Of a stretch of DNA of 64,000 nt, positions 1 through 19,198 are shown piece after piece; position 1 is the stretch's first letter; every line of letters begins with the position of its first letter. The translations under genes and the position numbers were made by a program. The notes under the pieces were generated by a model. That model did not search any database and was not told the origin of the DNA. It saw only the letters and a list, made by a program, of their open reading frames with translations. The DNA is from Azolla caroliniana (lineage: Eukaryota > Plantae > Polypodiophyta): positions 930,001-994,000 of the forward strand of contig JBHGNT010000012.1 in NCBI GenBank assembly GCA_043228905.1, given 5' to 3'.

Positions 1-3000
1 CATTAGACTACATTTGAGTTTTCCACACATTGTCATATCTAATCCATCCTCTATATGCAATCTTCTCACAATCACAATGTGCACTCGATTGCAACATTTA
101 TAAGTAAAATGGTTAAACATCAAGAATCCCTAGTCAATTCCGCACATATTATGTAAAAATGCTTTGACCATTAGTCATAAATGTCATAACTAACTTGAAG
201 GGCAATAATAAAATCTATATCTCATTGTCTTCCTCCCCACCATTCATCCCATGCCCCTAGAGGTTAGGGGCCAAGGCTTCAAACTAATCTAATAGATTTT
301 CTCTAAAAGACTATCTTCAAATCGTATGCTTATATTGTAAAGATGACCATTTTCACTCATTCTCTTCGAACTAATCGATGTCTTTATCTGCTCTCTTGTA
401 ATCTCTCTTTCTCACTTTTGTTTTTCATAACCATTATCATCATTGATTTAATCTCTCTCATTACAACCACAATGCCCATTCACCTAAAAGTCATACATGT
501 CAAGTTTTAATCTTTCTTATAATAGATTTCAAATTTTTTATGGCAACAAATCGATGGGCACAATTTTATATTTGTCCTAGTCACATTAATTTTGTTCAAG
601 ACAAACTTTGAAATATTATGTAGTTTTTCTTATTTTCCTCCCAACTTCCATGAGTTTTCTTTGCTTACCTTCAATATTTCTAAAACTAGCACTATGCTGA
701 ATAGTGTTAGTTTGGGACTGACAAGGATCATTGGGGAAATATTAAAACTTGAGATTTGGGGAATTTAATCAGCACATGTGAAGTGTATCTAAGTTTGTCT
801 TTTTTTGTTAAATATCTCCTCAATCCTTCTTCAAGGTACTCTTTCTGTATGTGGTATACCATTTTGGTCCACAAATGAACCATTTGCAAAAAGTTGGTTA
901 TGTTTGCGGATGGATAACTTCCATCATAACCAGATATTCACAACATATTTCCATGTTTCATATTTATCTTATACTTGAATGACTTCTGACCAATGAATAC
1001 CTATACCTGAAACCGACGCGATTGGGTAGGAAGAGAATACCTAGGGGTGCAAGACAACTTTCAGATAACTTTACAAATCAAAATTATAACTCAACGAATT
1101 TTGAAATGATAAAATTATATACTTTTATTAAGATCTTCTATACATTTATGAAGCTTTAGAAGACATTGTATGTGTCTAAATTCACGGTTTTTTATGAGGT
1201 ATTTGGAATGAGATGTATTATCTGACTAATTGGATGCCACTAAGCATAATTTGTCCTTTGAGATGTTGTATAAACTTTGAAAGATACCCATGGCTCATTG
1301 ACACTTGAAGGGTATTCATAATTGATTTCGATCTCTCTTTTTCTCCATTATATATATATATTTGGTATGTGTTTAACGATAAAGAAAACCTCAAGATTCA
1401 AGGCACAACCAAAATGTTAATAAAACTTGATTTGCCCTCTCATGGACCCTCAAAGAATTTAGATTGCACTCAATTCAATTACTATATTATAGAAGGCAAT
1501 AACAATAATATTGTCCATTTATCCCCATAAAAAAGTTTTTGGGAACCAATGATACTCTATTTAACTCTCAAAATAATAATTAGTATGAAGTTCAATTTTT
1601 GTTGCAACTTGATGAATAAAATGAACGCAAAGGAGAGAGAAAAGAAGAACGATGAGGCAAATAGGAGCTAACAACAAGAGATGAATTATAGTACAATTCC
1701 ATTTTCGCACGAGGTTAAAACTTTTTTTCATTGCAAATTCATCGAATGCATGTACTAAAGTAAGATGTGAAATTATGGATTCAAGCATTAGCGTATGTTG
1801 TTACAATAATTTATGTACAAGAGATCAAAATCTATATAAGGAACGTCAAACACACGTGTGCCCAAAGATTTGAACACATTTGAGGAGGAGACAACATTAC
1901 AATGTGAAATTTGAGGTGGGGTCATCATAGGACATGGAGCATGTGATCCATGATGTTGTAGTAGTGGGAGGGGAGTGCCCGTGGGGGGATTATGTGTAGC
2001 TCCCAAAGAAAATACTAGGTGCTATCGTCTACCAATTGTGCGCATCATCACTCACTCCTTGACTATCCATATAGGTTGAAGAGATGTGGAAGATTCTTCC
2101 AATACTCGTAATTGCTTGATGGACATGCATTATCCATGTTTGCAATGCAACTCATGTATCGTTAGAACAAAGTGTGATCAACTTGATGCAATCGCATGTT
2201 GTTAATACAACTAATACCATTGCATGTTGTTACTACCACTAATACCAATGTTGATGAACCCCCACATAAACCCATGGAGCTCCCTCAAGTGTTTGGTGTG
2301 GAACTTTTGCTCCAAGCTTATTAACATCCTATCCTTGGTAGCGCATTCAATCAAAGTGCATATATGCGTCAACATTGTAAGGCTGATAATCTAATATGTT
2401 ATGTGCATAGCCTTGTAATGTCTTATCGGCTTCCACTACTAAGAATTTATAAACATTTTGGTGTTAATGTGTACCTATTCGACAAACACATGGGTGCCAT
2501 ATAATCTCTAATGGTTGGTTACATGTGAGACTTAAGCATAGATCCATGTGAGATACAATATGCATAAGTATGATGTCCTCATAAACACTTACACAATGAC
2601 TATTCTTATTTTGGTATACAACTGGCTAATCCCTCTATAAATAATTATCCAAATATTGCGAACACGCTTACACGATGACAATACTCTTGTTTTAGCACAT
2701 AAAGATTGCAACAAAGGAGCAAAGCCACAAATGCTAGAAATTGACAACCATGGCCACTTTGCTTCTACATAGTAATATTGATCCCATGTTTATGTTGCAA
2801 CCTCATATTATAATTATATTTTAATGATTGCAAGTGCTATTATAACAATTAAGAACAACCTAAAAATCGATGCTATTTTATTTGTAAAGGTCAATACATA
2901 CTTTTGTACAATCGCTCAATCACCACAATGAAATATTTTGATGCATTGTGCTTGGAGTTGGGAAGTGATTCGAATTTTTAATTTTGTCTTTATGAATGTC

Positions 3001-3384
3001 ACAACTAACAACGAGAGGAAAATGTTGAGTTGGATAATCTAGTCAAGCTTGAATGTGGGGAAAGGAAAGTCGAGTGCAAACGAAGATGGAGGATTGCAAC
3101 TCAGTGTGATACTCAAAATCATGAACTTGTTCGAGGGCAAAATGTCATGCATATTCATCGGGTCTCTTGCATTTAAACATTCAAGTTTCATAAAGATTAA
3201 CCCCCAAAAAATACCGATGTTGATGTTACTATGATGGTTAGGTATGGGAAAGCCACACAAACGATATAATTGGTTGATCATAGATATGTTCTAAGTATCA
3301 AAGCATTGCCTCGTTGCTTTGTTTTCATCATGTGTCATCTAATTGCCAGATCCATTTGCTTGTGATGCCAACATTATGCATCAA

Positions 3385-4155
3385 TCGAAAGATTGTTGTT
3401 GTTCGTTTCACACTATGATATTTGGGATAGATCAAGAAGACAATTGAGAAACGAGTCGTGTTTGATGCCATGCCAGTGAAGCGCCATATTCATTTCCTCA
3501 CGAGGCCAATGTTATGTGGTATTGATGAAAAGATGGTTGTTGTCTATTTCACACTTTGATGTTTGGGACATATTGAGTTCAAACAATTGAGAAATGAATC
3601 ATGTTTCATTATGTGTTGAGGGAAGCACCATATTCATTTCCTCACGAGGCCAATGTTACGTGGCTTTGATGAAAAGATGACTATTTTTTTGTTTCACAAG
3701 ATGATGTATGGGACGGATTGAGAAGACAATGGAGAAATGAATCATGTTTCATTCCATGTAAGGGAAGCACCATATTCATTTCCTCACGAGGCCAATGTTA
3801 CCTGGTGTTGATGAAAAGACGATGGTTGTCCGCTTTCACACTATGATGTTTGGGATGGATTCAGAAGAAAATTGAGAAACGAATCATGTTACACTCTATG
3901 TCAATGAACTACCATAATATCCATTTCCTCGTGAGGCCAATGTTACGTGGAGTCGATGTAAAGATGGTTGTTGTCCGCTTTCACACTATGATGTTTGGGA
4001 CGGATTGAGAAGACAATGGATAAACGAATCATGTTTTATTCTGTGTGAGTGAACCGACATATCCATTTCCTCGCGAGGCCAACGTTATAGGCCGACGAAA
4101 AGAGTGTTTTCTTGTCCGGTTTCACACTATGTGTTTGGGAGGGATTGAGAAGACA
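3385..4155. repeat. Tandem array of ~143-bp units (~5.5 copies) upstream of glycolate oxidase
   Basis: Motif CATTTCCTC(A/G)(C/T)GAGGCCAA(T/C)GTTA recurs at ~3491, 3635, 3777, 3922 and 4064 (spacing 142-145). TTCACACTATGATGTTTGGGA..GATTGAGAAGACAAT also recurs in each unit. Confidence 0.92.
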
Positions 4156-4445
4156 CTATAGAGAAGAAAGAGATATGGGCAGTGATAGCCACAAAAAATA
4201 ATGGCAATAAACATGTGAAGAAAAAAGCAGGGGATTGAGAAGATAACTTTCAAATTATTGCTGACAAATATTCACAGCTCTCCACCAGGTTTTCTCCCTT
4301 CTTCCTTCTTCATCTTCATCTTCATCTTCATCATCACCATTGTCAATGTATATTTTTAGGGTTTCCTCTTGAATTAGGGCCTTTTCCTCAGTTCTATTCT
4401 TAGGTTGTTCAACTTGAATTTTGTTTCTTTCTTCCTTTCTCATTT

Positions 4446-4447
4446 GT

Positions 4448-4490
<43 letters not shown>
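4446..4490. repeat. (CAT)n microsatellite in the GOX 5' UTR/leader intron region
   Basis: Perfect ATC/CAT run visible in the sequence. Confidence 0.9.
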
Positions 4491-4491
<1 letters not shown>

Positions 4492-4753
4492 TTCTCTTGT
4501 GTGTTAGCATTGTCTTCAATATTTTGTTTTTTCAGGGTTTTCTTGAATTTGGGTTCTTTCTTTCAATCTGTTTATCAGGGTTTCTTGAATCAAGAGGTTT
4601 CTTCATATAGTCTGTTTTTTTAGTTTGGTTGACTGCTTATTCCTCAGATTTTGTCCGTTCATCTTCTCCACATTTGTAGGATTAACATTATTAGTTTGAT
4701 CAACCGTTTCTCTCTTTTTTTTGACTTTCCTTTCAGAGCCTCAAAGATCCACC

Positions 4754-8074
<3,321 letters not shown>

Positions 8075-9674
8075 GATGCAAAATAAAAAGCATATTGCTA
8101 TTTCCATCATTTATGTTGCTTCTAGCTGAATTACCACAATAAGGGTGTATTGTTGGTGCATTTTTATAATGCCTGGTAAGTCCAGGTGTCATTTTGTACT
8201 TCTATGCAGACCTTTGAATAATTTGATCATCTCTGTATAATTTGTATCTCTTTGGCGCGATATATTGCGCAACACAAGAATATGTGTATTGCTTATGGTG
8301 ATAATTTTATGTCGAAGGCTTATATATGAATGTGATGATGAGAAATTAACAAGCTTGTCCTTATTTTGCACTTTTCATTTGAATCCAAATGAATATAGGC
8401 CGTAAGTATTGATATTGATAAAAGCATGGCGTATTTATGGTGCCTAACTTCAAGACAGATCTTAATTACAAACATGATGATGGAAGGGGTCCAACATGTT
8501 TTGAAATTCTTGTGAATTCTCTTACAGTGATGTATAAGGTCCACAGTATCAAAGGTGATGGTGACACGGCTTGAGAAGAATCATCAGATCTTCAAATGTT
8601 GTTTTGTTATAAGACATTTGGATTGACATGCGTCCACTTAGTTATTTTGATCAAGCTGTAACCATAGCTCTTAGTCCCTGTGTGGGGACTTGGAACCCGT
8701 CTACCTATATTGTTCAAGATTGTAGTGTAGTGAGTAATTTCATTGATGAGCAAAACCAAAGAAATTGGACTAAACAAGGGTCGTGACAAGTCATTATCAT
8801 AGGGGAAACTTAGTAGTTTCAATCATTCATAAATGTGTGCACATTTGATCATTCAACATTGCTCTTGTGAATGGCTATAGAATGGATGTAAGGTGGTTGT
8901 TGCATTAAGCTCCAAGCATATTTTTAGGTTCCATATCACCACAATTGTTTGTGATAGCTATTGGTGGTTGTCTCTCATAGAGACCTTCGAATCATGTTTT
9001 TAGCAGCTTTGGTTGTAGAATACATATTTGTCCTAAGTTTGCATTGCGTAACACGAATTGGGTCATATTATGGATCTTATCACCCTCACCACTACCACTA
9101 TGTCATGAGAATAAAATAGTCATAAAAGGATTGCTATTTCCATTCAAAGGATATTTACAAGTGACATAGAAGTGTTTGGTGGAAGTAATGATGCCTTGAT
9201 GATGATTGAGGTTTTGCATAATGGAGTATCCTTCAAAAGTCTTGTTTTTATAATGTTTATTATTAAATATCTATATGGCATTAGCAATAATTTCTTGCTT
9301 TTGCTTCTCTACGCAATGTCACCAAGTGGAAAGTCTTTTCATCAGTGCAACAATACTATCGTGTGCAAAGGGCTCATGACTGATGACTTTGTACCACATG
9401 GTTCAATACGTGGGGCAAGTTTGTTGTTCCACATTCTTTTGCAACCAACAATGTCCTACCATCAAGAGAAGAGCTTGCAATGACGGAGAAGGCTTTTGTA
9501 TTGGGACGATCACGTGACCCGCCCCACATTTTCGATAGACCTCTGTCCGGACAAAAAGCATTAGCGCCTGGGGGTGGCTCTACGAAGAACAACATTGTCT
9601 GTGTGTGTGTGTTGCTTGTTTACTTCATCCTCTTTCTCTAAAAAGCAGAGAATAGAGACAGACAGAGAGAGGAC

Positions 9675-10166
9675 ACTAGGTGGTCATGGGTTCGACCCCT
9701 ACATTCTACAATGGCATGAAATAAGAGATATCTATCGAGCAATAGAGAGATGAGAAAATTGGGTTTCGAACCCAAGATGTAGTGCTAGTATTGTAAACAA
9801 CTTACCACTACGGTAAACTGAGAGAGAGAGAGAGAACATGCACAACGCTTTTGTATTTGATGGTAGACATGGAGTGAAAGCATATCTATGAAAGTTGAAG
9901 GGAGTACTAATGTGACAATTTTCTTTATTAGAGCAATCTGAAATTCTTTCCTCAATGGAGTGTTCATCTTGCCTATTGGCAATTCAACATGTTCCACTAC
10001 CCATGTAGTGTAGTTAGTGGGTGACCATATTCCATTGTCACACCCATGTAAGTAGTGTTTTTTACACACATTTATTAATATAATTGTGCGTTTTCATCGA
10101 AGAGAGAGAGAGAGAGAGAGTGTGTGTTATATCTAGTAAAGTTGAAGGGAGTACTAATGTGGCTAT

Positions 10167-10217
<51 letters not shown>

Positions 10218-10580
10218 AGGTGGTCATAGGTTCAACCCCTACATTCCACAGTGGCATCTAATGAATTAAGAGATATATATGTATGGAGTATATAATAGAG
10301 AGGTGAGTAAAATTGGGTTTTGAACCCAAGATAGAGTGGCTTGTAGTGTAACAACTTACCAATTAAGGTAGGCTAATTACCAACAAAGATCAATCTAGTA
10401 AAGTTGAGGGGAGTAGTATTATTGTGGCTATTTTCTTGATTGAAGCAAGTGAAAATTATTTCCTTAGTGGAGTGTTCGTGTTGTCTATTGGCAATTCAAC
10501 ATGTTCCACTACCCATGTATTGAGTGGGTGACCATAATCCATTGTGACACCTACTATAAGTATTGTTTTTCACATACCAA
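9675..10580. repeat. Duplicated ~520-bp repeat unit with tRNA-like A/B-box segments (SINE-like family) and (GA)n tracts
   Basis: ACTAGGTGGTCAT.GGTTC.ACCCCTACATTC at ~9675 and ~10215. TTG.CTATTGGCAATTCAACATGTTCCACTACCCATGTA at ~9969 and ~10481. The minus strand of 9760-9820 reads AGTTTACCGTAGTGGTAAG...GGGTTCGAAACCC. Confidence 0.6.
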
Positions 10581-10674
10581 GAAAGAAAAAGAGAGAGATA
10601 AAAACAAAGACAAAGGTGTTTATCCTGGATGATAAGGTTGCATAATGGAGACCAGGAGGTCATGGATTCAAATT

Positions 10675-10900
10675 GGTATAACGATTTACCATTAGGTTAA
10701 ATTAATTATGATAAAAAAGAAAGAGAGGTGTAGTATAACAACTTAGCATTAGGTTAAGCTAATTATGATAAAAAAAGAGAGATGTAGTATAATGACTTAC
10801 CATTAGGTTAAGCTAATTACAATAATAAAAAAAGAGGTTTAGTATAATAACTTAGCATTAGGTTAAGCTATTTATGAAAAAAAAAAAAGAGAGGTGTTAT
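10675..10900. repeat. ~55-60-bp tandem repeat (4 copies) of ACTTA(C/G)CATTAGGTTAAGCTAATTA
   Basis: Motif recurs at ~10686, 10741, 10795 and 10850, each followed by an A-run and GAGAG(G)TGTAGTATAA. Confidence 0.85.
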
Positions 10901-11119
10901 AACAAGTGGACTTTACATACAATTAATACAATTGTCTGATTTTACCCAAAGAGAGAGAGAGGAGTTTTACATTAGGTAAATATAAAATAAACCTAATTAA
11001 TTATTTTTAATTCATAGTAGTTTAATTTTTAATTCATGAGTAGTTAATTTTAATCCATTATGTATGTATAGTTTAATTTTAACTCATTATAGTTTAATTT
11101 TAAATTCATTATAGTTTAA

Positions 11120-14845
<3,726 letters not shown>

Positions 14846-16204
14846 ATTTTAATGAAAATTTTGCTTTCTATGGTAGTAGCCTTTTGGGTGTTTTTTTTTG
14901 CCTTTCACTACAGAGAAGGTAGCCCCAAGTTTCCTGATCATAGTAGCTTGGCATCCTGATATTCTTTTACATACTCATATGCATTTTAATGCAAAATCTA
15001 GAGAGCTGATTCACCGGAGAGTTTGTATTATCATCTCAGAAGCTCCGAAAGGCCCGTTTGTGCAGATTTTGTAAAATTGCTTTTCGAAGAAAATAAGAGG
15101 ATCCTTTGCTGGGAGCTTCTCATAAGCTTGAGGTCAAAGCAAAATTACATTCTCATCACTATTCATCATACATCCACTCTGTATTTATTGACATTTTCTC
15201 CCATCCATTCCATGAAAATATATATATACATATACACAAAATGTTTTCTTGTATAAGCATGCCTGATGCTCTATATCAATATGTCAGGGTCGGTAATGCA
15301 TACATGTTTTTGCATGTTGTCCTTGTATAAATTCATGTAGTACATAACCTGAGAGACAAGGGTACCAATGAATATTTATGGTTTTCCTTTCTTGCCCATA
15401 CATATGGAATAATCATTTGTGCATGAAAAGTGTGACACGTGGACGAGACAACTCACGAAATGACAACGTTGTCATGAATTGATTGCTCACAATGTCTACA
15501 CTCGTCAGAGTCTCCGACCAATGACAATGAATGGCATTGGCCTAAATGATGAATGAGGAAGAAAAACAACATAATTTGATAGTGTCTTTTAGAGTATGAG
15601 ATCATCATTGTGAAAATGTGTGGCCTCTTCGCGGTATAGCAAGCTTGAATTATCTTGATGTTGAATCCTCGGTATCTCGATTAGGTTGAATGGACATATA
15701 GGAAGGAGTCGCAAATGTCAATACAATGTATGGTAGGGATAGACAGCCGCAAATAAGTATTAGCTCAAAGTTGGAAATATGGATAAAGCATGGTCCAAAA
15801 GGATGGAGCATTGTAGTTGAATGTGATTTATCACACTTTTTTAGTCAAAGCATGCATAAACATATAGAAACAATGGTACAAATGGTAGATGTGGGGATGG
15901 GTTCTAGATTGCATATGTAAACTAATGTGTTAAGGTACCATACCCCTTGAGTTGCGATTTATGTGTCAAAGCAACCTCATTCAATGATGAATCTACAAAG
16001 GCATCTTGAGGCAATTGTCATGGACCGAACCGTCTACACCATTTTTACACATCTTCCATCCATTCAAAACTAATTATTTTGTTGTGTCTTTTGAACTTCG
16101 CTCAAAGAACAAAAATGTTTATGTTTATGTGTACATGTCAAAAGTTTTATGTGTATGTGTATGTGTATGTGTACATGTCAAAAGCTTTAGGGTATTTCAG
16201 TAAT

Positions 16205-16507
16205 GAATTAATTAAATAGATCTCGAATTTTGATCCAAATGATAAATTGAGAAAACTCATCCACCACTTCACAAATTTCCAAGTGATTCGTAGTTAGTTG
16301 GAGGTTGAATTAATGGTATACATCTCTAATTTTGATCCAAATGATAAATTGAGAAAACTTCCACCACTTCACAAGTTTCCAAGAGATTGGTAGTTAGTTG
16401 GAGGTTGAATTAATGGAATAGATCTCTATTTTTCATCCAAATGATAATTTGAGAAAACTCATCCACCACTTCACAAATTTCCAAGAGATTGGTAGTTAGT
16501 TGGAGGT
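16205..16507. repeat. ~102-bp tandem repeat, 3 copies
   Basis: ATCCAAATGATAA.TTGAGAAAACT...CCACCACTTCACAA.TTTCCAAG.GATT.GTAGTTAGTTGGAGGT at ~16233, 16335 and 16435. Confidence 0.92.
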
Positions 16508-16825
16508 CAACAAAAGCTATGACACACATGGGTTGGGCTTTAGTATGCATTCGATTAGAAGTGAAAAAAACACTTGACACAAAGATTTAACACCATAAAG
16601 TAAAAGTTGATGCAAATAGGGATAAAAAATAGAAAGGGTTTATTAAAATTAGCTTGTACAAGTTGTACAAGGGCGTAGCAAAATTAGGAGCACAAGTTGT
16701 ACTCTAATGATAAGTCAATTAAAGAGAGTTTAGAGAGACGCTATTTTTCTAACTATTTTAGGAAGTATCAACTAGAACTCAGTGAGAGAGTGGAGGGACA
16801 TTTGTACTATCTACACCATTCACGT

Positions 16826-17543
16826 TAGCAATGGGCCCGGTTTTGGCTCAAACCGAACCGAACCGAACCGAACCGAAAAGCCGTGGCTTAACGGTTTATA
16901 GGTTCGAAGTTAAATAAACGGTTTGGTTTGGTTTCAAATGTTACTAATCGATTTCGGTTCGGTTCGGTTTTGAATTTACCAGTTTATCGGTTTCTGTTTA
17001 TGTGGTTTGGTTTAAAGGTTTATTGGCTAAAAAACACTCATAAATTTTCCCTACAGGCTCTAACTTTCAACTTTTAATTTTAAACTCTACTTTTAACTTA
17101 TTAAAATTTATATGCATTATATGTAGAGTCTCCTTTTCATTTATGATGATCAAATATGATAATTATAATGATCAAATTTATGATTAGTATGATGACAAAA
17201 TTTATGATAAGTATGATGATAAAATTTATGATAAGTATGATGACAAAATTTATGATAAGTATGATGACAAATTTTATGATAAGTATGATGACAAATTTTA
17301 TGATGAGTATGATGACAAAATATATGATGATTAATATCAATAAAAAATGATTTGGTTTGGTTTTAAATTTTTCGTAAACGTTTGGTTTCTCGTATTCTTT
17401 AAACGATTTCGTTTAACGGTTATGCTCTAAACGGTTCGGTTTAAATGGCTTCAAAATGTTTAAATAGTTTGGTTTGGTTTTTATTATTAATAAATAGTTT
17501 GGTTTGGTTTCAAGGCCAAGAAACCGAACCGGGCCCATTGCTA
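16826..17543. mobile_element. Non-autonomous hAT-type DNA transposon (MITE)
   Basis: 17-bp perfect TIRs TAGCAATGGGCCCGGTT / AACCGGGCCCATTGCTA. Flanked by the 8-bp near-duplication ATTCACGT / ATTCGCGT. Subterminal AACCG/CGGTT repeats; no transposase. Confidence 0.9.
17150..17340. repeat. 24-bp minisatellite (ATGATGACAAAATTTATGATAAGT) inside the hAT MITE
   Basis: About 7-8 tandem copies; they produce the spurious periodic ORFs MMTKFMIS/IILIIKFV. Confidence 0.9.
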
Positions 17544-17924
17544 ATTCGCGTGCATTGCATTAATGCTTTCTCAATTGTGTCAACCAAATACTTACATATT
17601 CTCGGTGTCATTAACATTGTAATTTGATCCTCAACCCCTTTTATCACTATAGGTGGCTAGACATATGTTACATAAGTGTTATATTGTTACAACATGTTGG
17701 ATGGCCTAAAAGAAGTTTGCTAAAATGTTTATCATGACGCAAAAACACCTCTAGGATGACACACATGGTGTGACTTAGAACATGTCTCAAAAGGCATGTA
17801 TCTCAAAATTCATCTCTTAGAGCAAGCACATTTGGCATGTTCAACATGTGGACTTCAAAGCACGTCTTAGAGCACGTTTGTTTAAAAAAATGGGGCTTTT
17901 TTTATAGGTATCTTTTCGTACCCA

Positions 17925-17971
<47 letters not shown>

Positions 17972-19007
17972 TGACATTGGAAAGGCCAAGGAAATGAATT
18001 GTACAATATGTAAGTACTTATCAACCCATGAAATGGTTTGGACTTACATCGATGTTACCAAAAAGGTACAAGCAATATAACATTGAGTGAGTACGTAACT
18101 TTTGAATGTTGTCTATATGGATCAACTATATATTATATATATAAAGTGCAATATGATCACATAACATACTTTTATTAAGAATGTGTTTCATTCTCAATAC
18201 AGTATTGATTGCATCATTTCATTGTAAAGTGATAAGTCTCGATGGCATTGGTTTGCATTGTTTTGGTTTCTCATATCGTGATCACCCGTACAAGAAAAAC
18301 TAACCACCAACTTGAAGAGAGGTGTGTGTGCGCCATGCGTGTGTATATTATATAAAAAAAGGCTTCAAGTAAAAGTTTAAAATTCCCTAATTAATTTTCC
18401 TTAATGTGAAAATGGTGGCGAATGTGTGTACATTTGGACCCACATAAGTGGTTATTGTTTGTGAGACTCTTAGAATAATGATGGGTTTGTATGCGACAGT
18501 TTTATATGGTGTCCTCAATATATGTTATGAAATTCCAAGAGCCAAGCAGATGGGACCTCACGCTTTCCATGTGACCTTGTACTTGTGTAAGACAATTTTA
18601 TGTAGTGTCCTAATACTTTTTTTGTGAAATTATAAGAATATAGATATGACGAGACATATTGTTTGATCAAGATAATGAGAGGTTTGGATTATGTGGCGCA
18701 AAAGTGATAAAATGATATTATATGTTTGAGGATCTTGGGGGTTTAACTTTTTGTTATGATAGTAGTGTAAAAGGATAGATTTCTATCACAAAGATAATAG
18801 ATCCCGATTCCTTACCTAAAATTTAGGGTATTAACATGTAAATGATGGGGAAAACCTCAAGTGAGTTCCCATGAGACAATAGTTATAGATAGGCATCATG
18901 GTTTGAGTTAGATTTCCAGAGGCATCCTAGTGATGGGGAAAACCTCAAGTGAGTTGCCAAGCCACAATTGTTTTACGTGGACACCAACATGTGTGTTCCA
19001 AGGATAT

Positions 19008-19140
19008 GAATAGATAGATAGATAGATAGATATTTTTAGCGTCCATAGAGAGGCCAATATTGACCCATAGGACCTAAGTACATAAGTTATATTGATGTGT
19101 GCCTCCTTCCTAAGAGGGGATATTCATACTTTGAAGTGAT
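19008..19140 (-). mobile_element. 3' end fragment of RTE-type LINE (or its SINE) with (TCTA)n tail, in the P450 3' UTR
   Basis: Minus strand reads CTTCAAAGTATGAATATCCCCTCTTAGGAAGGAGGCACACATCAA...GGTCCTATGGGTCAATATTGGCCTCTCTATGGACGCTAAAAATATCTATCTATC, homologous to 20090-20217 and 50635-50745. Confidence 0.8.
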
Positions 19141-19198
19141 CTCAAGTGGATCCCAAAGAAAGTGAGGATGGGCAAGTGACACAAAGAGATATCGGAGA

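Noticed and set aside
3385-4155. CRISPR-like repeat-spacer array
   Set aside because: The whole 143-bp units are homologous, so this is an ordinary tandem repeat.
9760-9820. Functional tRNA gene
   Set aside because: A/B-box-like motifs are present but I could not form a convincing cloverleaf, and the segment belongs to a degenerate repeat family.
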